NCBI GenBank assembly: GCA_027484145.1
Contig: JAIXUH010000007.1
Location: forward strand, 291,647-355,646
DNA from: Rhodobacter sp.
GTDB taxonomy: Bacteria > Pseudomonadota > Alphaproteobacteria > Rhodobacterales > Rhodobacteraceae
Reading direction: 5' to 3'
DNA length: 64,000 nt
This document shows positions 36,102-45,277 of the stretch, piece by piece (the first letter of the stretch is position 1; each line of letters begins with the position of its first letter). The notes under the pieces were generated by a model. The model did not search any database. It saw nothing but the letters and a program-made list of their open reading frames with translations, and had not been told where the DNA came from. The translations under genes and the position numbers were made by a program.

Positions 36102-37880
36102 TCAGAACCCGCCAAAGCCGCGCTCATCGCGGTCGGGGTTGCGGTTGGGGCCAGTGGCAGGGCGTGCCTGCCCTTGACCGGCAAGAAGGGCCTGAACCTG
36201 TGCCAGCATCTCGGGCGACAGACCGCCGAGGTTGGGCAACCCGCTGGCCGTACGGCCCATGCGGTTGCTGCGCAGACGGAACCGCGACATCTCGTTGCGG
36301 ATACGGTCGGTGGCCTGCACGATCTCGTTTGCGCTGCTGGCCACGTCGTCAGCCTGCTGGCTGGTCGCCAGTGCCGATTTGGCAACCTCGCTCATCGCGG
36401 TGTTGATCTGCGCCACACCACGCGCCTGTTCGTCCGAGGCCACGGCAATCTCGCGCATAAAAGTGCGAACCTTGTCGATGTCATCGGCGATGCTGGTAAA
36501 GGCATGGCTGGTTTCATCGGCGATCTTCACACCTGCCTGCACCCGGGCACCCGCGCTTTCGATCAGGTCAGACGTTTCGCGCGCCGCCTTGGCCGAACGG
36601 CCGGCAAGGTTACGCACTTCCTGCGCCACAACCGCGAACCCACGGCCATGCTGACCGGCACGGGCGGCTTCCACCGCCGCGTTCAGCGCCAGCAGGTTGG
36701 TCTGGAAGGCGATTTCGTCGATCACCTTGATGATCTTGGCAATATCCTGGCTCGAGGCGCGGATGCCCTCCATCGCCTGCACCATGCGCAGGATCTTTTC
36801 CTTGCCTTCTTCGGCAACGGCGGCAGCCCCGGTCACAAGCTGGTTGGCCTGCCCTGCAGATGCAGCATTGGCCTTGACCTGAGTGTCGGTTTCTTCCGCC
36901 GAGGCGGACACCTCATCGACCGAGGCCGATTGAATCTGCGAGTTCGCCGCCAGTTCGGTCGACGATTTCGACATGGTCGCGACCGACGATGAGGCCTGTG
37001 CGACCTGTGCCGAAATGGTATGGAAGGCGCCGTTCAGGCTTTCCAGAATGCCGCTGAAGCTTTCGATGATCCGGTGGTATTCGCCCTGAAACTGCGAGGG
37101 GTCAGTTTCAACATCCAACTCGCCAGCCTCAATCGCTGATGAAACACGCGCGATTTCGTTGACCACGGCCTTGAACCGGTTCCGCAACTCCTCGACGCCG
37201 TTTGTCAGGAACACACGCTTGCCCGTAAACTTGGGGAACGGCGCGTCAAAGTCGCCACGACCAAAGGCCTCGACCGTTGCCAGAACCTGCTTTTTGACAG
37301 TGATATGGCTTTCGACCATCTTGTTGGCCTGCTCGGCCGCAAGACGGTAGGGTCCTTCCAGATGATCCAGCGCGATGAAGTGGTCGATCTCACCAAGCTC
37401 GTGCGCGGTTGCCATCTCGCGCAGCCGCGCCACAAGTGCTTCGGTCTGTTTGGTGATCGCGACAGCTTCTGTCCGGTCTTCCCAGCGGACCATGATCATC
37501 TGCAACTTGCCACCGTCGGTAAAGACGGGATCTGCCGCAAAGGCCAGCGTGCGGCCACCCACCACGAACGATGCCTGATGCGTGCCCGTCATGTTGGCCA
37601 CGATGTTGCGCTGCTTTGCCGGGCGGACGTGGAACTGGTCCACGCTGTTGCCAATGATGCTGTCGGCGCTGAAATCGGGCAACTGGGTGCGGATATCCGC
37701 CTCCATTTCCCGGAACATCTTGTAGGCCGATGCGTTGATATACTGCACGACCATGTCTGCACTGGCGACCATGATCGGGTCTGACAGAAGGTTCAGCAGA
37801 TCTTGCGGCTGAATCTGGCCCCATGTTGCCTCAAGAGAAGAGGTAACGCCCTTCCAGGTAGTGGATTTTTGTTCCAGCAT
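36102..37880 (-). CDS. soluble (TM-less) PAS-containing methyl-accepting chemotaxis protein
   Basis: 592 aa with no hydrophobic TM stretch. N-terminal PAS-like region ([20 protein letters not shown]). Signalling hairpin [38 protein letters not shown]. Confidence 0.9.
   Translation of the reverse strand: MLEQKSTTWKGVTSSLEATWGQIQPQDLLNLLSDPIMVASADMVVQYINASAYKMFREMEADIRTQLPDFSADSIIGNSVDQFHVRPAKQRNIVANMTGTHQASFVVGGRTLAFAADPVFTDGGKLQMIMVRWEDRTEAVAITKQTEALVARLREMATAHELGEIDHFIALDHLEGPYRLAAEQANKMVESHITVKKQVLATVEAFGRGDFDAPFPKFTGKRVFLTNGVEELRNRFKAVVNEIARVSSAIEAGELDVETDPSQFQGEYHRIIESFSGILESLNGAFHTISAQVAQASSSVATMSKSSTELAANSQIQSASVDEVSASAEETDTQVKANAASAGQANQLVTGAAAVAEEGKEKILRMVQAMEGIRASSQDIAKIIKVIDEIAFQTNLLALNAAVEAARAGQHGRGFAVVAQEVRNLAGRSAKAARETSDLIESAGARVQAGVKIADETSHAFTSIADDIDKVRTFMREIAVASDEQARGVAQINTAMSEVAKSALATSQQADDVASSANEIVQATDRIRNEMSRFRLRSNRMGRTASGLPNLGGLSPEMLAQVQALLAGQGQARPATGPNRNPDRDERGFGGF
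36400..36946. repeat. direct repeat copy A (MCP signalling-domain gene-conversion tract)
   Basis: Aligns without indels to 38183-38729 (constant offset 1783 nt). Includes a 94-nt perfectly identical run (cacgggcggcttccaccgcc...gcaatatcctggct). Flanks drop to ordinary paralogue divergence. Confidence 0.85.
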
Positions 37881-37914
37881 TTTGTTTTCTCGCAGCTTTG
37901 GCGGTGAAGATCTG

Positions 37915-40038
37915 TCAGTTCATTCTTGGCTTGGTGGACATGCGCCCACCGGAAGTTTGTCCGTTCAGCAAGGCCTCCAACTGGGCCATCACGTCTGGCG
38001 GCAACCCCTCAAGGTTGGGGATCTCCGCTCCTGCCGGACCAGTGCGCCGGGCGCGCAACCGGAACCGGGAAACCTCGGCGCGCATCCGGTCTGTCGCTTG
38101 CACGATGTCGTTCGCGCTGGATGCCACTTCTTCGGCCTGATGGCTGGTTGCCACTGCAATCTTTGCCACCTCGCCCATGGCCGTGTTGATCTGCGCCACG
38201 CCCCGCGCCTGCTCGTCCGATGCCACGGTGATTTCGCGCATAAAGGTGCGAACCTTGTCGATGTCATCGGCGATGCTGGTAAAGGCATGGCTGGTTTCAT
38301 CTGCAATCTTCACGCCAGCCTGCACGCGGGCACCCGCGCTTTCGATCAGGTCAGACGTTTCGCGCGCCGCTTTGGCCGAACGGCCGGCCAGATTGCGCAC
38401 TTCCTGCGCCACTACCGCGAACCCACGGCCATGCTGACCCGCACGGGCGGCTTCCACCGCCGCGTTCAGCGCCAGCAGGTTGGTCTGGAAGGCGATTTCG
38501 TCGATCACCTTGATGATCTTGGCAATATCCTGGCTTGAGGCGCGGATGCCTTCCATCGCCTGCACCATTTGGCCGATCTTCTTCTTGCCCTGATCCGCCA
38601 CGGCAGCGGCCCCGGTCACAAGCTGGTTGGCCTGCCCTGCAGATGCGGCATTGGCCTTGACCTGCGTGTCGGTTTCTTCCGCCGAGGCGGACACTTCATC
38701 GACAGAGGCCGACTGAATCTGCGAGTTCGATGCAAGTTCCTTGGACGATCGGGACAACTGTTCCACAGCGTCGGCAGCCTGCTGCACCTGCGACCCGAAG
38801 GTTTCCATGACCCCGTTCATCGTTTCCAGAACGCTGGCGAAATCGGTCATGATGGTGCGGAAATCGCCCGAGAACTGCGAAGCATTCGGCGTGACATCAA
38901 GGTTGCCGTCGCGGATAGACGAAGAAACGCGGTTGATCTCGCTCAGCAGGGTCTTGAAGCTGGTACGCATCGCCTCGATGGCATCCGACACAAACGCTTT
39001 CTTGCCCGGCAGAGCAGGGAAGGGCGTGCTGAACTTGCCTTCGCTGAATTCCTTGATCAGTTTGATCGCGCTACGTTTCGTGTCGATATGCGCAGCGACC
39101 ATTTCGTTGACCTTTTCGGCCACGATCCGGAACGAACCGCCAAACTTGTCAGACGCCACAAAGACCCCGATGTCACCGTCACTGTGGGCATCGGACATGG
39201 CGGCCATTTCACCCAGCAGCAGGTCCATCGCGGCGCGGTTTTCAATCGCCTCATGCGCCTCGCGCAGGGCAACCTTGCGGGCGTCTTCGATGGCAGCCGT
39301 GACTGCCTTCATCTTGCCGGGAAACACCGGTGCGCGGTGTTGCATGTCGCCCGATGCAAAGGTGTTCAGCCAGTCCAGAACCTGCTGCGATGTCGCGTTG
39401 CGGAAGGTGAGCATATCGTTCACCTTCTGCGCCAGTTCCTTGAACTCGCCAGACAAATTGTCCAGATTCAGCAGGTGGGCAGTGTCTCCAGCCACTTGCG
39501 CGTTGGCCACCTGGGTAAGCCCGCCCATCAGGTTGCTGACCTGAGCCTTTGTGGCGCGCTCATAGGTCACATCCCACAACTCGACCATATAGCCGGACAG
39601 GACGTCGCCCTCTGTCATCACACGGTTGACGCGGAAACCCATCGACACTTCGCCTGCCTTCAGGCTGGCATCATGGGGGGATGTCATCCGCGCCAGAATG
39701 GCACGCTGATAAGACGGGTTCTTGTGGAACACGTCGATGTTCTGGCCGATCAGGCTGCCCACCGAGAAATGCGGCAGGTCCTTTTGCACCTCGTGTTCGG
39801 CATCCGTGAACATCTTCACGGCCGCCGAGTTGGCATAGCGGATCACCAGATCAGCATCGGTAACGACGACAGAGGTTGACAGCATTTCATAGGCAGCTTC
39901 GGCTTCAACCCCTTTCAGGGGGCGCGGCAAAGGTGCCGTTTCGGCGGGTGCGACTGGGGTTGGCGCATCATCCAGCCATTCCAGCGGGTCGTTCTGCAGG
40001 CGTTCTTTGGTACGGTGCGGGCGATCTACTTGGTTCAT
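37915..40038 (-). CDS. soluble (TM-less) PAS-containing methyl-accepting chemotaxis protein (TlpT-like position)
   Basis: 707 aa with no TM helix. About 45 aa of Pro/charged N-terminal extension, then PAS ([21 protein letters not shown]). Two repeated helical modules. Same signalling hairpin as its neighbour. ATGA overlap with the ppfA stop. Confidence 0.9.
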   Translation of the reverse strand: MNQVDRPHRTKERLQNDPLEWLDDAPTPVAPAETAPLPRPLKGVEAEAAYEMLSTSVVVTDADLVIRYANSAAVKMFTDAEHEVQKDLPHFSVGSLIGQNIDVFHKNPSYQRAILARMTSPHDASLKAGEVSMGFRVNRVMTEGDVLSGYMVELWDVTYERATKAQVSNLMGGLTQVANAQVAGDTAHLLNLDNLSGEFKELAQKVNDMLTFRNATSQQVLDWLNTFASGDMQHRAPVFPGKMKAVTAAIEDARKVALREAHEAIENRAAMDLLLGEMAAMSDAHSDGDIGVFVASDKFGGSFRIVAEKVNEMVAAHIDTKRSAIKLIKEFSEGKFSTPFPALPGKKAFVSDAIEAMRTSFKTLLSEINRVSSSIRDGNLDVTPNASQFSGDFRTIMTDFASVLETMNGVMETFGSQVQQAADAVEQLSRSSKELASNSQIQSASVDEVSASAEETDTQVKANAASAGQANQLVTGAAAVADQGKKKIGQMVQAMEGIRASSQDIAKIIKVIDEIAFQTNLLALNAAVEAARAGQHGRGFAVVAQEVRNLAGRSAKAARETSDLIESAGARVQAGVKIADETSHAFTSIADDIDKVRTFMREITVASDEQARGVAQINTAMGEVAKIAVATSHQAEEVASSANDIVQATDRMRAEVSRFRLRARRTGPAGAEIPNLEGLPPDVMAQLEALLNGQTSGGRMSTKPRMN
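38183..38729. repeat. direct repeat copy B (MCP signalling-domain gene-conversion tract)
   Basis: See copy A (36400-36946). Confidence 0.85.
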
Positions 40039-40769
40039 TGCACTGTCTTTCCGTTCGGTTTTTGAAGCGAGCGCTCCGCAATCATGGCGCGCGCCAGCTG
40101 CGCATAGTCGGATGAGCCGGTGCTGCCCGGCGCGTATTCGAAAATGGTCTGTCCCGTGCCCGGTGCCTCGGCGAGGCGGATGGAAGAACGGATCACGACG
40201 GGCAAGACCATCTCGGACCCAAAGCGTTCAATCAGTTTGCCGCGAACCTCACGGTGAACTGCCAACCGGTTGGAATAACGTGTGATCAGAATGCGCAGCG
40301 CCGCCCAAGGCAGGCCGGTATCCTGCATCTTGTCCAACACTTGTTTCAGCCCGTTCAGGCCAAGGAAATCCGGCTCCAGCGGGCAGATCACGATATCGCT
40401 GGCGGCAACCACGCGGGCCAGCGTGGCAGTCCATCCGGGTGGGGCATCAATAACAAGCCAGTCTGCCTTGAGAGCGGGCATCGCGATGGCATCAACCGGC
40501 AGGTCAAGCGCATCGGCGTGGCCGCCCAGAAGCCCCAGATTGGGGCGCGTCGCCGAAACAAGCGGCTCAACCGGCGATCCGGCCAACCAATCCCTGATGT
40601 TTGCCCCCGGCACAGCCACCTGACCGCCAAAGGCGGCTGTCAGGTGCATCTGTGGGTCCAGATCGGCCAAAACCGCTGTCTCGCCCTCGGCTGCGAAACC
40701 AGCCGAGAGGTTGATTGCGGTGGTCGTCTTTCCGACGCCGCCTTTCTGGTTGTAGATCAGGACTTGCAT
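40035..40769 (-). CDS. ppfA: ParA/MinD-family ATPase (PpfA-like chemoreceptor-cluster partitioning protein)
   Basis: Deviant Walker A ([18 protein letters not shown]) and Walker B region (WLVIDAPPG). Located between cheW and a soluble MCP, as in R. sphaeroides cheOp3. Start at the ATG at 40769. Confidence 0.8.
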   Translation of the reverse strand: MQVLIYNQKGGVGKTTTAINLSAGFAAEGETAVLADLDPQMHLTAAFGGQVAVPGANIRDWLAGSPVEPLVSATRPNLGLLGGHADALDLPVDAIAMPALKADWLVIDAPPGWTATLARVVAASDIVICPLEPDFLGLNGLKQVLDKMQDTGLPWAALRILITRYSNRLAVHREVRGKLIERFGSEMVLPVVIRSSIRLAEAPGTGQTIFEYAPGSTGSSDYAQLARAMIAERSLQKPNGKTVQ

Positions 40770-41308
40770 CACGCGTGCTCTTTGGCCCCTGCGCCGACTT
40801 CGGCCATGACAATCTCGCAGTCCGAGGTCAGCACTGCCGCGTCAAGGATGACGATGATCCGGTCCTCGATCCGGCCCAGCCCATAGATCGCGCTTTGTGC
40901 GCCACGGTGTGCGCCGTTGGCGTTGCGGCCAATCGCCGAAGGGGCGATTTCGCGCACCTCGGTCACACCGTCGACAATCAGCCCGATCGGGGCGCCATCG
41001 ACATCCATCACGATCACAACCGTGCGTTCGTCATAGGCACGTTCGCCCATGCGGAACCGCAGCCGCACATCCAACAGAGGGATCACCTTGCCACGCAGGT
41101 TGATCACGCCACGGATATAGTCAGGCAGATCGGGCACAGCCATGATCCGCGGCAGGCCGACGATTTCGACCACCTGCGAGATGCCGACCGCGTATTCTTC
41201 GGACCCCAGCGAAAAGCTGAGATACATGTCGTCAAGGTTTTCCGACGTCAGGATCGACAGGCTTTCATCCTGCAAGCTTTTCGTCTGGGTGCTGGTGGTA
41301 GGCTGCAT
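40769..41308 (-). CDS. cheW: CheW coupling protein
   Basis: EEYAVGISQVVEIVGLPRIMAVPDLPDYIRGVINLRGKVIPLLDVRLRF. The ATG at 41308 has an AGGAG Shine-Dalgarno 5-6 nt upstream; a GTG at 41329 is the alternative. Confidence 0.9.
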   Translation of the reverse strand: MQPTTSTQTKSLQDESLSILTSENLDDMYLSFSLGSEEYAVGISQVVEIVGLPRIMAVPDLPDYIRGVINLRGKVIPLLDVRLRFRMGERAYDERTVVIVMDVDGAPIGLIVDGVTEVREIAPSAIGRNANGAHRGAQSAIYGLGRIEDRIIVILDAAVLTSDCEIVMAEVGAGAKEHA

Positions 41309-41321
41309 GTTGGTCTCCTTT

Positions 41322-42494
41322 TCAGCCACGGCTAGACCGGGGCGGGAATGCGGTCAGGTTCGAGGACTGGTCGAATTCGCGCGTGATCCGGCCCTCCGCA
41401 GGTTGCAGATCGTCGCTCAGCATCAGGGCAGGAATGCTGTCGAGCGGGGCGATACGCATGGCGCCGCCCAATTCGGCCGCAGCGGCGGGCATGCCGTAGA
41501 CGACACAGGTTTCCGCATCCTGGGCGATGGTCTGACCCCCGGCCTGACGGATCGCCAGCATTCCGGTTGCACCGTCCTTGCCCATCCCGGTCAGGATGCT
41601 TGCCATGACGTTCGGCCCCGCCGCAGCGGCAACCGAATGGAACAGCACATCGACCGAAGGGCGCGAAAAGCACACAGCCGGCCCGTCGATCAAGGCCACG
41701 CGATACAGGTTGCCAAGGCGGCGCAATTCCATGTGCTGCAAGCCGCCGGGCGCCAGAAGAACCAGCCCGTCCTGCACGATGTCACCGTCGCGCGCCTCGC
41801 GCACCTCCATCTGGCACAGGCTGTTCAGCCGCTGCGCAAACGACGCGGTAAAGCCTTCGGGCATGTGTTGCACGATCAGGATGCCGGGCGTATCGGCCGG
41901 AAACATCGGCAGGATACGCGCCAGGGCCTGCACACCGCCGGTCGACGACCCGATCGCCAATACGCGCTGCCCCCCACGGCGCGGCCAGTGCGGACGCGAT
42001 GGCGTTGGCGCAGCCACCGGCACGGGTGTGGCATAGCTTTGCGTTGGCGCACGATCATGCACGCCAGAGTAGACTCTGGAAACCTTGGCCGACGCCGCGC
42101 TGCGAATGCGTGTACGAATGTCCTGCATGATGGGGTTCAGACCACTGTCCACCCCAAGCGACGGCTTCGAGATGACGTCGACCGCGCCATATTCCATGGC
42201 CCGCATCGACACATCTAGCGATGTCCGGCCCAGCGACGAGATGATGACAACCGGCATCGGCCGCTCTGCCATGATCTCGCGCAGAAACGTCAGCCCGTCC
42301 ACCTTGGGCATCTCGATATCCAGCGTCAGCACGTCGGGCTGAAGCTCGGTCAGCATGCGCCGCGCCTGTTCCACGTTATGGGCCATGCCGACAACGCGAA
42401 TGTCAGGATCAGCTTCAAACCCCATGGACAAGACCTTCCGCACCATGGCGGAGTCGTCCACGATCAGAACAGTTGTCGGGCGCTCCAGACTCAT
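41322..42494 (-). CDS. cheB: protein-glutamate methylesterase CheB
   Basis: 390 aa from the ATG at 42494. Receiver domain (VLIVDDSAMVRK, VLTLDIEMPKVDG). Methylesterase domain (AIGSSTGGVQAL, IVQHMPEGFT). Confidence 0.95.
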   Translation of the reverse strand: MSLERPTTVLIVDDSAMVRKVLSMGFEADPDIRVVGMAHNVEQARRMLTELQPDVLTLDIEMPKVDGLTFLREIMAERPMPVVIISSLGRTSLDVSMRAMEYGAVDVISKPSLGVDSGLNPIMQDIRTRIRSAASAKVSRVYSGVHDRAPTQSYATPVPVAAPTPSRPHWPRRGGQRVLAIGSSTGGVQALARILPMFPADTPGILIVQHMPEGFTASFAQRLNSLCQMEVREARDGDIVQDGLVLLAPGGLQHMELRRLGNLYRVALIDGPAVCFSRPSVDVLFHSVAAAAGPNVMASILTGMGKDGATGMLAIRQAGGQTIAQDAETCVVYGMPAAAAELGGAMRIAPLDSIPALMLSDDLQPAEGRITREFDQSSNLTAFPPRSSRG

Positions 42495-43300
42495 GATGTG
42501 CGCTTCCGGTAGACGCCATTGGCCACGTGTTGCCACGGCGACGGCAGGTCGCGGATGCTTTCGGTCACACTGGTCACCAGCCAGCCACCTGCTTCGGTGA
42601 CATCGTGGATCGCATCCAGCGTGGCGATCTGGTCGGCACGGTCGAAATAGTAAAGGACGTTCCGGCAGAACACGATCTGGAAGGGTTTCTTGAACGGGTA
42701 GGGATAGCTTTTCAGGTTCATCCGCCTGAAGGTGCAGCATTCGCGGATGCGGTCCGACACGGCATATTGGCCAAGTCCCGCCGGCGTCAGATACTTTTGC
42801 CGGATGTGCGCCGGCACCTGCTGAATCTGCCGTTCGGCGAAGACGCCGGTTTCGGCACGTTCTATCACCGGGGCGCTGATGTCAGTGCCCAGGATGGTCG
42901 TCCGCTTCAGTGCACTTTCGCCAAGCGCCTCGGCGATCATCATCGCAATCGTAAAGACCTCATCCCCGGTCGAACAGGCCGCGCTCCAGATGCGGATTTC
43001 GTCACGATTGACCAGATTGGGCAGGATATCGTCGCGGAACCGGCCCAGAATTTCGCTTTCGCGGAAGAAATAGGTGTGGTTCGTCGAGGCTGCGGAAATC
43101 ACCGCCAGCTCAACCTCGTTCACCGGGTTGGCCACAAGGTTGTGCGCCAGTTCATCCAGATCGGAATAGGTAAAGGCGCGCTGCACGCGGGTCAGGCGTT
43201 GCAGAAGTAGGTCGCGCTTGTGTTCCGGATAGTGGATTCCACATCGCGAACTGAGCCAGTCGCGGATGCGTTCGTAGGCCACCCGTTCCCGTTGAGTCAT
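42491..43300 (-). CDS. cheR: chemotaxis methyltransferase CheR
   Basis: NHTYFFRE, IRIWSAACSTGDEVFTIAM and VFCRNVLYYF SAM-dependent CheR motifs. ATGA overlaps on both sides. Confidence 0.95.
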   Translation of the reverse strand: MTQRERVAYERIRDWLSSRCGIHYPEHKRDLLLQRLTRVQRAFTYSDLDELAHNLVANPVNEVELAVISAASTNHTYFFRESEILGRFRDDILPNLVNRDEIRIWSAACSTGDEVFTIAMMIAEALGESALKRTTILGTDISAPVIERAETGVFAERQIQQVPAHIRQKYLTPAGLGQYAVSDRIRECCTFRRMNLKSYPYPFKKPFQIVFCRNVLYYFDRADQIATLDAIHDVTEAGGWLVTSVTESIRDLPSPWQHVANGVYRKRTS

Positions 43301-44481
43301 GCTGCCCCCTTGCGGACGAGGCGCTCACAATCGAGCACAGTCGCCACATCACCATTGTTGAGGAGCGCGAGGCCCCAACTTGCCCGCAACTCGGCCAGAC
43401 GGCCCAGCAGCGGTTTCATCACGACCTGTTGGCGGTCGATCACTTCGTCCACGGCAATGGCCATCAGGCCCGAGCCGGTTGTGGCCACGATCAGGATGCC
43501 ATCGGCCGGCTCGACCGACCCGTCGGGGCGGTCCAGCCGGATCACCGGGATGGTCTCGCCACGCTGGCGCAGAACCTCTGCCGCCCCCGAGGCACTGATG
43601 CGCGTGATGCTGGAGGCCTGCGGTCGCAGGATCTCGCTCACCATGTCGATCGGCAGCGCAAACAGGCGCGGGCCGTGCCGCAGGATGACGCAATCCAGAA
43701 AGGACAACGTCAGTGGAATGTGCAGCGACACTGTGGTGCCGACCCCGGCCTCACTGGAAATGCCGATCCGGCCGCGCAGGGTGGTCAGCGCGGTGTTCAG
43801 CACATCCATCCCCACCCCACGGCCAGACAGGTTCGACACCTCGGACGCGGTCGAGAAACCGGGTTGAAAGATCACGGGCCAAAGGTCATCGGGCGCCGGT
43901 TTGTCGCCGGGGGCAAACAACCCGCGCTCCTGTGCCTTGGCTAGAATACGGTCATAGCTCAGGCCGCGACCGTCATCTTCGACGGTGATGCGAACCTCGT
44001 TGCCCTGCTGCAGCGCGCCCAGCGTGATGCGCCCAGCAGGTGATTTTCCGGCAGCGATGCGGCCATCCGTGGTTTCAAGACCATGGTCAGCCGAATTGCG
44101 CAGAACGTGCAGCAACGGTTCATACAGACGATCCGCCACCAGCTTGTCGATCAGCGTATCCGCACCTTTCGACACCATCTCGATCTGCTTGCCGGTCTCG
44201 CGTTCCATTTCGCGGATCATCCGGCGCAGGCGTTTGAACACCTCCTCCACTTCGACCAGTCGCAACTCGGACGCAGCATCCTGCACGTCACGCATGATCA
44301 TTGACAGTCGATGCGAGGCCGCTTCGAAGTTTGGCAGTTCCAGACCTTCAAGCTCGGGGGCGTGGACGGTTGCCGCCACGCTCAGCGAAAGCTCTCCGAT
44401 CAGGTCCATCAGGCGGCCAACCTTGTCGGCCGAGATCCGCAGCAGGCCACCATCGGTGCCCTTGTCCACCGGTGTCAGCAT
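43297..44481 (-). CDS. cheA: CheA4-like histidine kinase lacking the HPt (P1) and P2 domains (P3-P4-P5 only)
   Basis: 394 aa. Starts directly in the dimerisation domain (LRISADKVGRLMDLIGELS). N box HVLRNSADHGLE, G1 EDDGRGL, F box FQPGFST, G2 SGRGVGMDV, then a CheW-like domain. No HTxKG phospho-His motif. Confidence 0.9.
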   Translation of the reverse strand: MLTPVDKGTDGGLLRISADKVGRLMDLIGELSLSVAATVHAPELEGLELPNFEAASHRLSMIMRDVQDAASELRLVEVEEVFKRLRRMIREMERETGKQIEMVSKGADTLIDKLVADRLYEPLLHVLRNSADHGLETTDGRIAAGKSPAGRITLGALQQGNEVRITVEDDGRGLSYDRILAKAQERGLFAPGDKPAPDDLWPVIFQPGFSTASEVSNLSGRGVGMDVLNTALTTLRGRIGISSEAGVGTTVSLHIPLTLSFLDCVILRHGPRLFALPIDMVSEILRPQASSITRISASGAAEVLRQRGETIPVIRLDRPDGSVEPADGILIVATTGSGLMAIAVDEVIDRQQVVMKPLLGRLAELRASWGLALLNNGDVATVLDCERLVRKGAA

Positions 44482-44565
44482 GGCGCATACCTCTTGAGCC
44501 TGGTCTTTGGGGCAAGACCCGTTTGCATCCTGTTTCCATCCGCGATTTTCATTCTTGGGTTAATG

Positions 44566-44581
44566 TGCAACTTGCGGGCCA
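44566..44581 (-). promoter_or_regulatory. sigma54 (-24/-12) promoter for the che operon
   Basis: Minus strand reads TGGCCCGCAAGTTGCA versus TGGCACG-N4-TTGCA (one mismatch). It lies about 85 nt upstream of the cheA4-like ATG (AAGAGG Shine-Dalgarno) and immediately after the stop of the upstream small ORF. Confidence 0.6.
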
Positions 44582-44586
44582 AAGCC

Positions 44587-44892
44587 TTAGGCAGCTGCCT
44601 CATCACCCTCGAAATTGAAAATGCATACGCCATCAAACCCAGTGGATTTGAACAGGAATGTTTTCTTCATTGTATCAAGAAATCCGCCATGCTTCTTTTC
44701 AAAGTTCTTCAACTCGCTGATCGACGGGAAGAAGACATTGATAGAGATGTCGCCTTCTTTGCTGATCAGGACATTCAAACCTGAAATCTTGCAGGTGGGG
44801 ATTGCGTTGCCGAGGGCCTCGACAACGAATGGTGCCGCGATCTGTGCGGCATCAAGATTCGGGAACTTAAGATGGTATGTCTTGGAAAGCAT
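44587..44892 (-). CDS. hypothetical 101-aa protein encoded in a low-GC islet
   Basis: MLSKTYHLKFPNLDAAQIAAPFVVEALGNAIPTCKISGLNVLISKEGDISINVFFPSISELKNFEKKHGGFLDTMKKTFLFKSTGFDGVCIFNFEGDEAAA. Alternating beta/alpha pattern (ferredoxin-like?). Codon usage is clearly AT-richer than all neighbours. Confidence 0.45.
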   Translation of the reverse strand: MLSKTYHLKFPNLDAAQIAAPFVVEALGNAIPTCKISGLNVLISKEGDISINVFFPSISELKNFEKKHGGFLDTMKKTFLFKSTGFDGVCIFNFEGDEAAA

Positions 44893-45194
44893 GGAATGAC
44901 GCCACTCCCTTACTGTGCCTCTTCAAAGACGGTAGCGCCGCCCATAATGTAATGCCTTCGTTCGGATTGGTTTGACCCATACCTTCGTCAGCAAAATCCA
45001 GACTTACGTCTTTCGGATGTGTCACACTGACCTGGGGGGATAGGATGCCGGCAAAAGTAACCTGTACCCAATTCGGTCGGAGTGTCCGTTTTCCGTTAAT
45101 CTGGGGGAGGTTCTACTTTGTCCTACTGTGTTTCCGACGGTCATGCCGCCTGAATGTTTATAATCGGCACAAGCAGCGCCTTATTTAGTGTGAA

Positions 45195-45208
45195 AAGAAA
45201 TATTTCTT
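45195..45208. promoter_or_regulatory. perfect 14-bp palindrome next to the fleT-like sigma54 promoter
   Basis: AAGAAATATTTCTT lies 17 nt upstream of the -24 element. AT-rich; candidate IHF or regulator site. Confidence 0.3.
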
Positions 45209-45225
45209 CGCTGCCCTAAAACGGC

Positions 45226-45241
45226 TGGCACGACTCCTGCC
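45226..45241 (+). promoter_or_regulatory. sigma54 (-24/-12) promoter for the fleT-like-fliEFGHIJ operon
   Basis: TGGCACGACTCCTGCC. The -24 TGGCACG is perfect; the -12 is CTGC (one mismatch) with correct spacing. It lies 37 nt upstream of the ATG at 45278, which has an AAGGAG Shine-Dalgarno. Confidence 0.55.
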
Positions 45242-45277
45242 CTTATGTTCCCGAATGCGAACCCCAAGGAGCCCGCC

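Noticed and set aside
35703-39879. Long plus-strand ORFs (35703-36992, 37861-38538, 38569-39879) antisense to cheY and the two MCP genes
   Set aside because: Their translations are Arg/Gly/His-rich low-complexity strings typical of antisense frames in high-GC DNA. The opposite strand encodes unmistakable MCP and CheY proteins.
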